Sequence record: MW250786
Length of the DNA stretch: 64,000 bases
Strand: one strand, 5' to 3'
DNA from: Escherichia phage UPEC06
Positions 47,341 through 56,702 of this stretch are shown one piece after another. Below the pieces are notes generated by a model, which was not told where the DNA came from, ran no database searches, and was given only the letters and a program-made list of their open reading frames with translations. Each line of letters begins with the position of its first letter. Within the stretch, counting starts at the first letter, position 1. A program made the position numbers and the translations under genes.

Positions 47341-47852
47341 TTCTTTTTCTCCTCTTTATCTTTATAAAAGATGTGATTTTCTATGGTAACTGTTCTTTTC
47401 AGAAGTTTACGCCACACAGGCTTAACCTTCTTAGTGTGATAATACAAAGATCCATGCGTTGGGTCAAACCTTTTATACAAAACCTCATTATTTTTTATCT
47501 TATGTACAAACTTAGAGATGCTGAGCGCACCCTCCCAGGAGTCTTTATCTGTTATGCTATAAGAGGATTTAGTTAATGTCCATGAAAACTGAGAGGCTTG
47601 ATACACAACTCCTTTCATTGTTCTCGGGAATTTATCATTTTTCATCCGATTCATTGTAACGAAGGCAACAGCCATTTGACCATTTATCGTCTCGCCTCGG
47701 GACTCCATATAGACATTACAGGCTAAGGCATTTACAGAATTATCCTTTTTCGTACATTTATGAATAACCTTCTGTGCTCTCTCTTTGGCATAAGTGACGC
47801 CTGGTGCCAGAGACAGAGTACAAATCAAACCACATAAAACTAATTTTTTCAT
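47337..47852 (-). CDS. secreted SleB-like cell-wall hydrolase
   Basis: Signal peptide; NVYMESRGE...GQMAVAFVTMNR resembles the SleB/Hydrolase_2 family signature. Confidence 0.6.
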   Translation of the reverse strand: MKKLVLCGLICTLSLAPGVTYAKERAQKVIHKCTKKDNSVNALACNVYMESRGETINGQMAVAFVTMNRMKNDKFPRTMKGVVYQASQFSWTLTKSSYSITDKDSWEGALSISKFVHKIKNNEVLYKRFDPTHGSLYYHTKKVKPVWRKLLKRTVTIENHIFYKDKEEKKK

Positions 47853-47898
47853 TTTCCCTCCAATTGAGGACCCAGCTTATCACTGGGTCACCCTCTTG

Positions 47899-48285
47899 TC
47901 AACTACCTTCGATATGCTTCTGAATTTGATCAGCAATACCTTTCCACAAACCATTAAGGAAAGGGTTGCTTGTGATGACTTCGCCCAACCAGGGGCCATA
48001 CAGGCGGTATACGTAGTCATCTGTGATCGCATAGATACTTCCATCACGTACAGCAAGACCACGTACAAGGGAGGTTGTTACACGACGACCTGCAAACCCC
48101 GTCTTTTGGTATTCCAGTTCAGAATGTTCAATATAACCTACCAGACTTACCAGATTTTGAGTTCCATCAATTTCAAACCCGCATTTCTTTTCGAGGTCTT
48201 CTGAAATCGTACTAACCCCTTCCAGTGCAAAGTTACCACCGAATTTTAGGCCATACTTAGCTGCCAGTTTATCGTGTGCTGTCAT
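47899..48285 (-). CDS. hypothetical protein
   Basis: ORF in operon. Confidence 0.4.
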   Translation of the reverse strand: MTAHDKLAAKYGLKFGGNFALEGVSTISEDLEKKCGFEIDGTQNLVSLVGYIEHSELEYQKTGFAGRRVTTSLVRGLAVRDGSIYAITDDYVYRLYGPWLGEVITSNPFLNGLWKGIADQIQKHIEGS

Positions 48286-48476
48286 TTTACACTTTCCTTG
48301 ATCAGTTGTTCAAAAGTTTCAACATCCTGAGTGATATGTGCTGTACTTCCATCACGGAAGACAACAACTGTAGTTTCTTCACCAAAATGATTACCTTGAC
48401 GAAAGAGAAGAATCTCATCTACACGCAGAGCAACTTTAAGACCACCTTCACCTGACAGATTTGCTTTTACGAACAT
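48282..48476 (-). CDS. hypothetical small protein
   Basis: ORF in operon. Confidence 0.35.
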   Translation of the reverse strand: MFVKANLSGEGGLKVALRVDEILLFRQGNHFGEETTVVVFRDGSTAHITQDVETFEQLIKESVK

Positions 48477-48667
48477 TATAAACCTCCCATACTACGAAGA
48501 ATAACATCTTTCATACGAATAAGAATTTCATTCTTATCCACCTCAGGAAAAATTTCAACCAGTTTAATAAGTAAACTTCTTCCACTTTTATACTCGCCCG
48601 ATCTTGCAAGGTGCAGAACAGTTCTTGCAAACTCTAACTCGTCTAAAGGTACTTTTCCTTCAACCAC
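48476..48667 (-). CDS. hypothetical small protein
   Basis: ORF in operon. Confidence 0.35.
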   Translation of the reverse strand: MVEGKVPLDELEFARTVLHLARSGEYKSGRSLLIKLVEIFPEVDKNEILIRMKDVILRSMGGL

Positions 48668-48921
48668 TCCGCAGCCTCCTTTAAGTTATCAAACACCTTA
48701 TAAGCAACACCTGTATATTCCGAACTCCAATCGTCACTTGGATCATAATCCTCGTTAATTTCTTCTACATCGACATGATACTTATTTTCGTAGTCCTTTT
48801 CAACAAGAATACGAAGATCATGGTAAACAGATGCTTCAACTTGGTCTGCTATTTTATCAAAGTAATCTCGATCTGTCATCTTTATACCCCGCAACGTTGG
48901 AGAAAAGCTTCGCAAATGCAC
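48643..48921 (-). CDS. hypothetical small protein
   Basis: ORF in operon; start uncertain. Confidence 0.35.
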   Translation of the reverse strand: MHLRSFSPTLRGIKMTDRDYFDKIADQVEASVYHDLRILVEKDYENKYHVDVEEINEDYDPSDDWSSEYTGVAYKVFDNLKEAAEWLKEKYL

Positions 48922-49133
48922 AAAAAATCTTCTTTTTCTACATTCTTGATATCCATACCGATCTCTTTAAAAAGTTTAGGAAGATCAAGAGCCTTCGCGT
49001 CCTTTTCTAACTTGAAGTAGCCGTTCTTATCATACGGAATTTTTTGGAGGAATAGAACATCTGGATTATCAGAGCCTTTTGTTTTTGTTGCTAGGTAATC
49101 ATAAATATCTTCACGAGGTACTGGCTTCTTCAT
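48882..49133 (-). CDS. hypothetical small protein
   Basis: ORF in operon; start uncertain. Confidence 0.35.
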   Translation of the reverse strand: MKKPVPREDIYDYLATKTKGSDNPDVLFLQKIPYDKNGYFKLEKDAKALDLPKLFKEIGMDIKNVEKEDFLCICEAFLQRCGV

Positions 49134-49134
49134 A

Positions 49135-49566
49135 TTATTCTCCTGTTAAATTTAACTTATCGCCTTTCCTCATTTCAAGAAAGGCTTTCAAATCTCCAAA
49201 CTTGGTTTCAATAAATGCCGAACCTGCTGGGGCTTTGTTATAATCCCAGTTATCTTTGGCCTCGTCAATATCACCATGTAGGTTCGTGAACTCATTTTTG
49301 AACTCGCGCACAGACCACTTGACAGAACGATGACGAGTAGGGATGTAGTTGGAAACAGAGGCATAACTAAGTCGCTTCTGAACCTCATCAATAATACCCT
49401 TTACCTTCAACTCGAACAACTTCCGAAACACGGGGTGGATAAGGTCCTCAGGGGCATCTACATACACACGAGTAAGCCCAGGGTGGTGATTGAAGCTGAC
49501 CTCAATCTTGTTGCGACTCTTACCTTCCCGTACTGTTACCATATATTTACCGATTTCAAATTTCAT
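49135..49566 (-). CDS. hypothetical protein
   Basis: ORF in operon. Confidence 0.4.
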   Translation of the reverse strand: MKFEIGKYMVTVREGKSRNKIEVSFNHHPGLTRVYVDAPEDLIHPVFRKLFELKVKGIIDEVQKRLSYASVSNYIPTRHRSVKWSVREFKNEFTNLHGDIDEAKDNWDYNKAPAGSAFIETKFGDLKAFLEMRKGDKLNLTGE

Positions 49567-49609
49567 CTATAAAGCCCTCTCTGTTTCCAATGAGGGCAGA
49601 ATACATGAC

Positions 49610-49804
49610 TTACTCTACCGAGTCAACCGTTTCAACAAAGATAATGTTACCATATTTCAGCTTACGGCGGTTGTCACCTTTGTGGGTGTGGTCCACAGGG
49701 TTAAATGATCCAATATCATTGGAATGTTTCCAGCCAGATTTAACAGAAAACTGCTTAACAACAGCAGCAAAATCTTCCGGCTTTAACTCAATCATATGCT
49801 CCAT
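49610..49804 (-). CDS. hypothetical small protein
   Basis: Co-directional with neighbours. Confidence 0.3.
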   Translation of the reverse strand: MEHMIELKPEDFAAVVKQFSVKSGWKHSNDIGSFNPVDHTHKGDNRRKLKYGNIIFVETVDSVE

Positions 49805-49891
49805 TACATACTCCTTTCATAAGAAATTTCTCTATAGGGGCTTCATAGAGTAAAACCCCTATTGATTAAGATAGAACCTATTATCAGTTAT

Positions 49892-50281
49892 TTACTCGTC
49901 AACAACTTTCCAACTCCAAAGATAACCATCTTTAGGCATAGTGGAACCTTTAACAAATATCATTTCGTCATAAAGATCATTTTCGTTAGGCAAATCTTCT
50001 AGGAGTTTAAACTCAACATTGTTATACTCATTATAGATGATTTGTGCACGGAGTTTCTTGCCTACCTTAATGGAGTTAGTTTCTGATCGAACACATTCAA
50101 TAATGTATCCCTTTTCATAAGAAATTTCTTCACGAGATACCTTATAGACCTTGACCAACGCAGGAAATTCCTTTTGTATTTTCAAAGCTGTATGCTGCGC
50201 TTCTTGTTCACTATCATAGCCCTTGAAAAATTTAAAAACTTCACCTTCCCACTTGATCCAGACTTCATATTCTTTTTCCAT
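49892..50281 (-). CDS. hypothetical protein
   Basis: ORF in operon. Confidence 0.4.
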   Translation of the reverse strand: MEKEYEVWIKWEGEVFKFFKGYDSEQEAQHTALKIQKEFPALVKVYKVSREEISYEKGYIIECVRSETNSIKVGKKLRAQIIYNEYNNVEFKLLEDLPNENDLYDEMIFVKGSTMPKDGYLWSWKVVDE

Positions 50282-50291
50282 GTATTACCTC

Positions 50292-50609
50292 TTAAGAAAT
50301 AAGTTGGATTTTTGGACCTTTTTCTTTTTCTGCTTGACGCAGGCGTTCACGAACGTAGAGTTCGATATCGGTTGGTCGCCACAATTCAACCATAACCACA
50401 TCAAAACGATTTTCGTGAGCACCAGGTTGTTTATTCATGTGGCTTGCCATCAGATCTGCACTCTCTTGATCAGCAAATACAGCTTTTGCGACAATTGCTT
50501 TACCGTCTTCAGTTTGTCCCATACTCATGCTTGGGATGTTGTGACCTGCATCATTATCACGAATAGCAAACACAAGAGTAGTTTCAGCATTTTTCAGAAA
50601 GTCAGTCAT
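50292..50609 (-). CDS. hypothetical protein
   Basis: ORF in operon. Confidence 0.4.
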   Translation of the reverse strand: MTDFLKNAETTLVFAIRDNDAGHNIPSMSMGQTEDGKAIVAKAVFADQESADLMASHMNKQPGAHENRFDVVMVELWRPTDIELYVRERLRQAEKEKGPKIQLIS

Positions 50610-50823
50610 TAATAATCTCCACGTCAGAATTGATATCAGTTTTATAAAACAGTCCCAGAGTTTCTGCGACCTCTATGAAAACAGCATCCCCAGATACAAC
50701 TGCATCAGAGGTTGCGTATACTTTATTATAAATCGGCTGGCCTGTAAAGTCATAATCAACAACATATTTAAACTTTTGGCCTTTCTTTACATCACGGGCT
50801 TTGATCAGCTTAACATTAATCAT
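50602..50823 (-). CDS. hypothetical small protein
   Basis: ORF in operon. Confidence 0.35.
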   Translation of the reverse strand: MINVKLIKARDVKKGQKFKYVVDYDFTGQPIYNKVYATSDAVVSGDAVFIEVAETLGLFYKTDINSDVEIIND

Positions 50824-51511
50824 CGGTACTCCCTATTTGTAATGGTACAATACCTAAAGCTTCCAGGCCTGCCTCTACAACCTTACGATTTACAGAAGCT
50901 TCGAACTCTGCTTGTGCTTTCGCCTTAACAACCTCGGAGTTTTCCTTAAACACGTTGATCGCATGTTGAGTGATATCCGGCAGCTTTGAATGAACACGAG
51001 TGATCTTATTCTTAAGTTCAGTCAATTCTTTCTTTGTTGCCTTACCTTTCTCAATAAGTTGCTGGACTTCAATTACGGCTTCCAGATGGTCCTTTAAAAG
51101 ATCTTTTAAGTCTTTATCCACGTTCAAGCCGATCATGTCAGAACTATTTTGTTGTCCCTCAATACCAGGAACATATCCATCGCCCTTGATATATCTTAAT
51201 GTGATTGGTACGCCTTGTCCACTATGGGATGCCACTAACTCTGCCCATTGGTAAGATGTTAATTCAATCTCAATGATACGAGAGTTTCGTGACGTATAAT
51301 AAGACGGCAAACCATAAGAGATCTCCTGGTATGCGGTATCAATACGTAAACAAACACGTTGATTGTGTGTGGTGTCTGATCCGAACATTTCCACATTCCC
51401 ACCAGTTGGGTGAGTGATTGATGCCAACCCATAAGCTGGGTGTGTCTGGATTACACGCTCAAATACTCCAGCTTCAGATAATTTTACTTCGGGCTTCATT
51501 ACGTTTCTCAT
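50816..51511 (-). CDS. hypothetical protein
   Basis: 231 aa ORF. Confidence 0.45.
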   Translation of the reverse strand: MRNVMKPEVKLSEAGVFERVIQTHPAYGLASITHPTGGNVEMFGSDTTHNQRVCLRIDTAYQEISYGLPSYYTSRNSRIIEIELTSYQWAELVASHSGQGVPITLRYIKGDGYVPGIEGQQNSSDMIGLNVDKDLKDLLKDHLEAVIEVQQLIEKGKATKKELTELKNKITRVHSKLPDITQHAINVFKENSEVVKAKAQAEFEASVNRKVVEAGLEALGIVPLQIGSTDD

Positions 51512-51519
51512 AAAATCCC

Positions 51520-51720
51520 CTATTTTATTTTTACAATGTATTTAGAAGTTCTTCGGATTCTTTGGGTCCTTGTCCAAGTTGGGTCAACATACTCTATTTC
51601 TGCCAGACCCTTACTCGGGATGATTCTGGTGATAATCCCCTTAAATATAGTTTTACGATCGTCATATGTAAAAGCTACTTTGTCACCAACTTTGATCTCT
51701 GTACCCATTAAATCTTTCAA
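51520..51720 (-). CDS. hypothetical small protein
   Basis: ORF in operon. Confidence 0.35.
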   Translation of the reverse strand: MKDLMGTEIKVGDKVAFTYDDRKTIFKGIITRIIPSKGLAEIEYVDPTWTRTQRIRRTSKYIVKIK

Positions 51721-51724
51721 ATCA

Positions 51725-51949
51725 TCAACCCCGTCTTTCTTTCAATTCCTGTAAGAACAACTCATCAGCAAGATTATTTAAACTTTCTGCCAGATTGCGA
51801 GCTTGTTCACGAGTGACACGAATACCAACAGAATCACAACCTTCGCGATCACAATAGTCAATACCAATCAGAATTTTACCTTTTTCAGTTGAAGGGGTGA
51901 TGTTAATTTCTGCCTGATAATCTACGCCAATATCCTGGAATATCATCAT
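51725..51949 (-). CDS. hypothetical small protein
   Basis: ORF in operon. Confidence 0.35.
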   Translation of the reverse strand: MMIFQDIGVDYQAEINITPSTEKGKILIGIDYCDREGCDSVGIRVTREQARNLAESLNNLADELFLQELKERRG

Positions 51950-52103
51950 TTTGTATATACCTCTTGTATTTCTGCAATTAATGTTTCAGAGGAACTGGCA
52001 ATCTCTGCTCGGATTTCCTCTGCTTTTTCTTTGTCTTCAAATAAGGTCGGATGAATTTGAGCATCCTCTCCACAATGTAGACACAGTATAGCATAATACT
52101 TCA

Positions 52104-52466
52104 TCACTTATTACCTTTTTCTTCTTCATGTGGCTTAACAATAATCTCTTCAATAATTTTAGGATCGATGTTTCTAGTATACATAAAAGTATAAAGCGCC
52201 GTTTTCAAAGCTGCACGTTTACCATAATAATGCCCTGTGATACCGTTCTGTTTTGACAGTTTATAAATCTCTACCATTTTGCTTTCAACTTCTTCGTTGG
52301 AGATCTTAACATACTCCACTGCTGACATTTGCTCGATAAATATTGCATCGAGGCCGTACAATTTGATATCTCGTTCAACGTATTCTTTGAATCGCTGCCA
52401 TTCTGCCTCGTCTTTAATAAGATCTGCAATTTTAAAGATTACTGGATGCTTGTTTGATTTAGTCAT
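52104..52466 (-). CDS. hypothetical protein
   Basis: ORF in operon. Confidence 0.4.
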   Translation of the reverse strand: MTKSNKHPVIFKIADLIKDEAEWQRFKEYVERDIKLYGLDAIFIEQMSAVEYVKISNEEVESKMVEIYKLSKQNGITGHYYGKRAALKTALYTFMYTRNIDPKIIEEIIVKPHEEEKGNK

Positions 52467-52521
52467 TTATTTCCCCTTGTTTGTTTTGATAGGGTCATAT
52501 TACATGACCCTTGATATGGTG

Positions 52522-52779
52522 TCAACTAAAAATTAAAGAAACAACGTGATAAATTACCTGAGGAACAATGATCAGAAAGTATAGATCAACAAACCCTGAG
52601 ATAAAGTGATAAGCCTTCAGCTTTGTACGTTTACCTTTGTAAAAATCAGAGGCGATTTTGAAATATTTATAAAGAGTTCTTACAAATGCAAAACCGATCA
52701 ATCCTAATCCAGTAAGAACCACAACAAACACTGAAAACTGTACGTCAGCACTAAAAACACCAACAATAAGATCTAACAT
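52522..52779 (-). CDS. small membrane protein
   Basis: Two hydrophobic segments. Confidence 0.4.
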   Translation of the reverse strand: MLDLIVGVFSADVQFSVFVVVLTGLGLIGFAFVRTLYKYFKIASDFYKGKRTKLKAYHFISGFVDLYFLIIVPQVIYHVVSLIFS

Positions 52780-53054
52780 TAAATTTCCTCCAAATCAGAT
52801 TCTACGATATAGATGCCTGGTGAAACTCTATAAGCCCAAGTGTTAAAAGTACAAGAATACATAATTCCTTTTACTTTGTAAGTTTTATTTGCAAACTGGC
52901 TTACAGGGTTAGTGACTTTCACCATTGTGTCACTTGCAAACTTAGGCATACCGTGCTTTGAAATTGCTTCACGATCAACTTTGTAAACATCCCTCCCAAA
53001 GAACTTTTCTAGTGGGCAAAGATTATTCTCAAAATCAGTACCCATAGTCAACAT
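52779..53054 (-). CDS. hypothetical small protein
   Basis: ORF in operon. Confidence 0.35.
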   Translation of the reverse strand: MLTMGTDFENNLCPLEKFFGRDVYKVDREAISKHGMPKFASDTMVKVTNPVSQFANKTYKVKGIMYSCTFNTWAYRVSPGIYIVESDLEEI

Positions 53055-53301
53055 CTCCTGTAATTACCGAAGTGCTTTTCTTTGTCTTACCATTTGAAGT
53101 CTTGATATGAGTATCTGCATGAGGACAATACACCACATTCAGACTCATATCTCCTGGGTTAGCTTTGAGACGATAAATCTTACAACCTGCCTCTTTCATT
53201 TCTTGCGGTAAAATGTAATTAGTAGTCTTATCGACAACACCCTTTTGATCACAACCGGAAATGAAACATATCATAAAAATCGCAGCAATAATCTTTTTCA
53301 T
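53035..53301 (-). CDS. predicted lipoprotein
   Basis: Signal peptide with lipobox FISGC. Confidence 0.45.
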   Translation of the reverse strand: MKKIIAAIFMICFISGCDQKGVVDKTTNYILPQEMKEAGCKIYRLKANPGDMSLNVVYCPHADTHIKTSNGKTKKSTSVITGDVDYGY

Positions 53302-53648
53302 TTTACCTCCATCATAAATACTTTAACTTTTCGTACCTCTAATCTTACTTTATTAGAGCCTTGAAGTCTATTTCTTTTTTCAATTGCGTCATTAATGTCG
53401 CCATAGAAGTAGTGATCCTTACCTATTGTTGGTATTCCATTGCCGCCTTGCATAGCCAGTGTATACATTTCTTTTCCACCTTGCAACCCTTTTGATACTT
53501 TTTCTTCAAAATATTTATTGAATTGGGTTGGTGAAGTGTCAATTTCTACATCATCTTCCCATCCCATAACTTTATCCCAAAAACGGTCAATCTTGTCAAG
53601 AACTTTGTTACTAATCTTTTTAATCTTCTTCAACATAATCTTCCCCAT
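53298..53648 (-). CDS. hypothetical protein
   Basis: ORF in operon. Confidence 0.4.
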   Translation of the reverse strand: MGKIMLKKIKKISNKVLDKIDRFWDKVMGWEDDVEIDTSPTQFNKYFEEKVSKGLQGGKEMYTLAMQGGNGIPTIGKDHYFYGDINDAIEKRNRLQGSNKVRLEVRKVKVFMMEVK

Positions 53649-54108
53649 TATTTATTTGGATACCGAAACGATTTTCATTTGAAGAAAAGAAACCCATCTT
53701 CATCCGATCAATCTCGTGTTTCATAACTTCCTGCATCGTTAATTTAAGGATTTCTTTGTTTAATTTTGGCTTAACTTCACGGAGCTTGTCAAGAAGTTTT
53801 TCCATTTCTTCTTTTACTTTTTCTTCCTCATTTTCTATCTCTAATTGGTCCATTGCATCTTTACAAACACAGCAATGGCCCACAACTCTTAAAATATGAT
53901 TTTGTATAGGTAATGCTTTTCTTCCACAATACCCACAAACAATAGACCCACCGGAGTTTCGAGCATCCACTGTCAATGTAGGTTTGGCCCCTTCTGCCTG
54001 AGAATTCCAAGTCTTTTTGCCTTGATAATCAAACATAAAGAATTCGTAGGATCTTTCATCAACGTGATCTTCGAGCATATGTAAAGTTCTTGTATTGAAA
54101 TGTTTCAT
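53620..54108 (-). CDS. Cys-rich protein (possible zinc ribbon), first gene of - strand early operon
   Basis: CGYCG...HCCVC; start abuts divergent promoter region. Confidence 0.45.
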   Translation of the reverse strand: MKHFNTRTLHMLEDHVDERSYEFFMFDYQGKKTWNSQAEGAKPTLTVDARNSGGSIVCGYCGRKALPIQNHILRVVGHCCVCKDAMDQLEIENEEEKVKEEMEKLLDKLREVKPKLNKEILKLTMQEVMKHEIDRMKMGFFSSNENRFGIQINNGEDYVEED

Positions 54109-54144
54109 TTTTAAACCCTCGTTGTTTGTATGAGCTAACTATAC

Positions 54145-54158
54145 GAGAACTTGAGAGG
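54145..54158 (+). repeat. isolated copy of GAGAACTTGAGAGG motif in divergent promoter region
   Basis: Same 14-mer core as the 4-copy array at 63079-63246. Confidence 0.5.
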
Positions 54159-54169
54159 AAGATCAATAC

Positions 54170-54197
54170 TTGATTTGTATTTTATTTTCATTATACT
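54170..54197 (+). promoter_or_regulatory. sigma70-like promoter candidate
   Basis: TTGATT-N16-TATACT about 30 nt upstream of ATG 54229. Confidence 0.4.
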
Positions 54198-54228
54198 GTG
54201 CACATCTAAAACAAGAAGGGGATAAGAA

Positions 54229-54792
54229 ATGAGTCAAGATAAAGAGTTAGCCATTGCGATATCCGTAGCTGCTTCTGCCCATGTTGACCAAGTAGATAAA
54301 GGGGGGAATATCTATATTCTTCATCCTTTGCAGGTGATGCAAACATTGCAGCAAAAGGGAAGGGAAGATTTAATGGCAGCAGGAGTTTTGCATGATGTGA
54401 TTGAAGATACTGAAATCACTATGGAACACCTCTTTAAAAAGGGGATTTCAGAAAGAACCTTAGTGATTGTCGATGCAGTGACAAAGAAACGTAAGCAATC
54501 TTCATCTGATTACCTAGAGGGGATTTTAGAGAGTGAGGGTGCTTGTCATGTTAAGCTTGCGGATCTTAAACACAACTTAGATATTCTGCGAACTTGTAGC
54601 ACCACAGAAAAAGACTTGCAACGGGTCAGGAAGTATGTAACAATGCACTTGTTGATTACGGAGATGGTTGATTGGTATGAAAGTATCGGAAGGTATCTCG
54701 ATTATTGTGATTCTTTTGCCTATTGTAGCTATCTCGACGAACGTAAAGAATTTGTTCAGAAACTTATTAAAAAATGGAAGGAGTTTAAATGA
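54229..54792 (+). CDS. HD-domain phosphohydrolase, RelA/SpoT-type (p)ppGpp hydrolase-like
   Basis: HPLQV...AAGVLHDVIEDT...VKLADLKHNL follows the Rel/Spo HD-domain pattern; 187 aa. Confidence 0.6.
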   Translation: MSQDKELAIAISVAASAHVDQVDKGGNIYILHPLQVMQTLQQKGREDLMAAGVLHDVIEDTEITMEHLFKKGISERTLVIVDAVTKKRKQSSSDYLEGILESEGACHVKLADLKHNLDILRTCSTTEKDLQRVRKYVTMHLLITEMVDWYESIGRYLDYCDSFAYCSYLDERKEFVQKLIKKWKEFK

Positions 54793-55322
54793 AAAAGGTA
54801 TTAAGTATCGAACCTTTCACAACAACATACTTTGACGATTTGGAACGTTACGGTGATTATGGGGTACAAGACGCTGATGGTTGGAAAGAATTCCCTGAAG
54901 AAACAAAAGGCCACATTACAAAGTTAGGTTGTAAGATTAATGGATCTGAACCAAAAGGTGTTTACACCATGTTTTCTTTCCTTGAAGCTATGAATCCTAC
55001 ATACAAGGGGGATAGACAATTTGGTTTTTCTTTTGCATCATTCCTTACTTGTAGTTGTGGTCATGGTGGTTGTGCGGGCTATCATGATAATGTGGTTATT
55101 CGACGTAAAAAGAATACCGTGATGGTCATGGGTAAAAAGGAAGATGGTTATGACGAAGGTGTTGTATTGACAGGTGAATCTGTTGTATACTTCGATAAAA
55201 AGCAGTGGGACGGTGTTCTAGAACACTACCTTAAACTCTTCAAAGAAAGTCCTGATGGTGTTTTTGAAGATGCGGGTTTTATGTTTACTGGTCGTTGGGG
55301 GACTAAAAATTTTTCAAAATAA
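54789..55322 (+). CDS. hypothetical protein
   Basis: ATGA overlap with HD gene; CSCGHGGCAGYHDN cluster. Confidence 0.45.
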   Translation: MKKVLSIEPFTTTYFDDLERYGDYGVQDADGWKEFPEETKGHITKLGCKINGSEPKGVYTMFSFLEAMNPTYKGDRQFGFSFASFLTCSCGHGGCAGYHDNVVIRRKKNTVMVMGKKEDGYDEGVVLTGESVVYFDKKQWDGVLEHYLKLFKESPDGVFEDAGFMFTGRWGTKNFSK

Positions 55323-55334
55323 TTTAAAAACTTG

Positions 55335-55362
55335 TTGACTTAAGAAATAGAAAAGATATACT
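55335..55362 (+). promoter_or_regulatory. sigma70-like promoter candidate
   Basis: TTGACT-N16-TATACT upstream of ATG 55393. Confidence 0.4.
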
Positions 55363-55392
55363 TATCACATCAAAAACAAGAGGAGATATAAA

Positions 55393-56622
55393 ATGCAAGA
55401 AACTTATCAACGTATGGACCAAACCATGTTCAAAAAACGTATCAGTGTTCGTGATATGGAATCACTGATTCGCCTGGGGGCTTCCATCGGAAAGACCGTA
55501 TTCTTTTTTGGTGGTGCTGGTCTTGGTAAGTCTGAAAAAGTAAAACAGATCGCTGATTCCATGTTCCCACATCGTGTAGGTAATAACCTTTGTGATGTTC
55601 GTCTGTCGGATAAAGAGCCACAAGATATCGCAGGTATTCCGATTCCGATCTCTTATCCAGATCCGAAAACTGGTAAAGAAGTCACTCGTACCGTATACGC
55701 AGTTCCAAACTTTTGGCCTACTGATCCTGATTGGGAAGGTATCGTGTTCCTGGATGAACTGCCAAATGCACCATTGGGCACTCAGCACTCTGCATATCAG
55801 GTTATTCTTGATCACGTTGCAGGTGAGCATAAGTTCCCGAAAGGTACTGTGTTTGTAGGTGCAGGTAACCGTGATACTGATGGAGCAGGGACTACTTCTA
55901 TGCCTGGTCCATTGGTTAACCGTATGATCATTGCAGAAGTTGATTATAATCTGGATGTGTGGATCGAAGACTATGCGATTCCGTTCCGTCTGCACCCGAA
56001 CATTATTGGTTTCTTGAAGCAGTTTCCAGAGCATTTCTATACTGGTGACGTAGAAAACCGAAGTACTCCGGTTTATTCATCTCCTCGTCAATGGAAAACA
56101 GCATCTGACATTCTGTACAAGTATGATGCGGGTGAGATTAATGAATTTATCGCAGAGGTTGCTCTTGCAGGTACAGTTGGTGAAGGCTTGGAAGTACAGA
56201 TCCTTGCTTATCACTTACGTGCTAAAGAACTTCCACCTATTGAAGATATCTTCAGTGGTGCAGTGGAAGAACATAAACTTGATCGCAGCAAGAACGACCT
56301 TGTTTACGTACTGGCACAAACTGGCCTTCGTCGCATGGAAGATGAAGTGATGGATAATGATATGCCGGATGATAAGTTCCTTGAACGTGCAGGTAACTTC
56401 CTTACGTTCATGTACAATAACTATTATGCGAACAACAAGGATACGATGATTGCTTTGATCTTGGGCGTGTTCCGTGGTCCAAACGATAAGCCATCTATCT
56501 TGACTGTTAACCCGAAACGTCAGAAAATGATTCCGCTTATGCGTAAGAGTTGCCCGACTGTTTCTGCCGCAGTTATGGAATACATGACTCGCTATGGTCA
56601 ACTGATTAAAGAATTCGAATAA
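55393..56622 (+). CDS. MoxR-like AAA+ ATPase
   Basis: Walker A GGAGLGKS, Walker B VFLDEL. Confidence 0.7.
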   Translation: MQETYQRMDQTMFKKRISVRDMESLIRLGASIGKTVFFFGGAGLGKSEKVKQIADSMFPHRVGNNLCDVRLSDKEPQDIAGIPIPISYPDPKTGKEVTRTVYAVPNFWPTDPDWEGIVFLDELPNAPLGTQHSAYQVILDHVAGEHKFPKGTVFVGAGNRDTDGAGTTSMPGPLVNRMIIAEVDYNLDVWIEDYAIPFRLHPNIIGFLKQFPEHFYTGDVENRSTPVYSSPRQWKTASDILYKYDAGEINEFIAEVALAGTVGEGLEVQILAYHLRAKELPPIEDIFSGAVEEHKLDRSKNDLVYVLAQTGLRRMEDEVMDNDMPDDKFLERAGNFLTFMYNNYYANNKDTMIALILGVFRGPNDKPSILTVNPKRQKMIPLMRKSCPTVSAAVMEYMTRYGQLIKEFE

Positions 56623-56626
56623 TCTC

Positions 56627-56655
56627 TTGACAACGAAAAACAGTTAACTTAATAT
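56627..56655 (+). promoter_or_regulatory. sigma70-like promoter candidate
   Basis: TTGACA-N17-TAATAT upstream of ATG 56703. Confidence 0.35.
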
Positions 56656-56702
56656 AAGGGCATCTCGAAAGAGGTGTCCTTTTTTAATTTGGAGAAAATG
56701 AA

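Noticed and set aside
55462-56034. 190-aa antisense ORF inside the MoxR-like ATPase gene (also 56215..56601)
   Set aside because: Overlaps a gene with clear Walker A/B motifs; no independent support.
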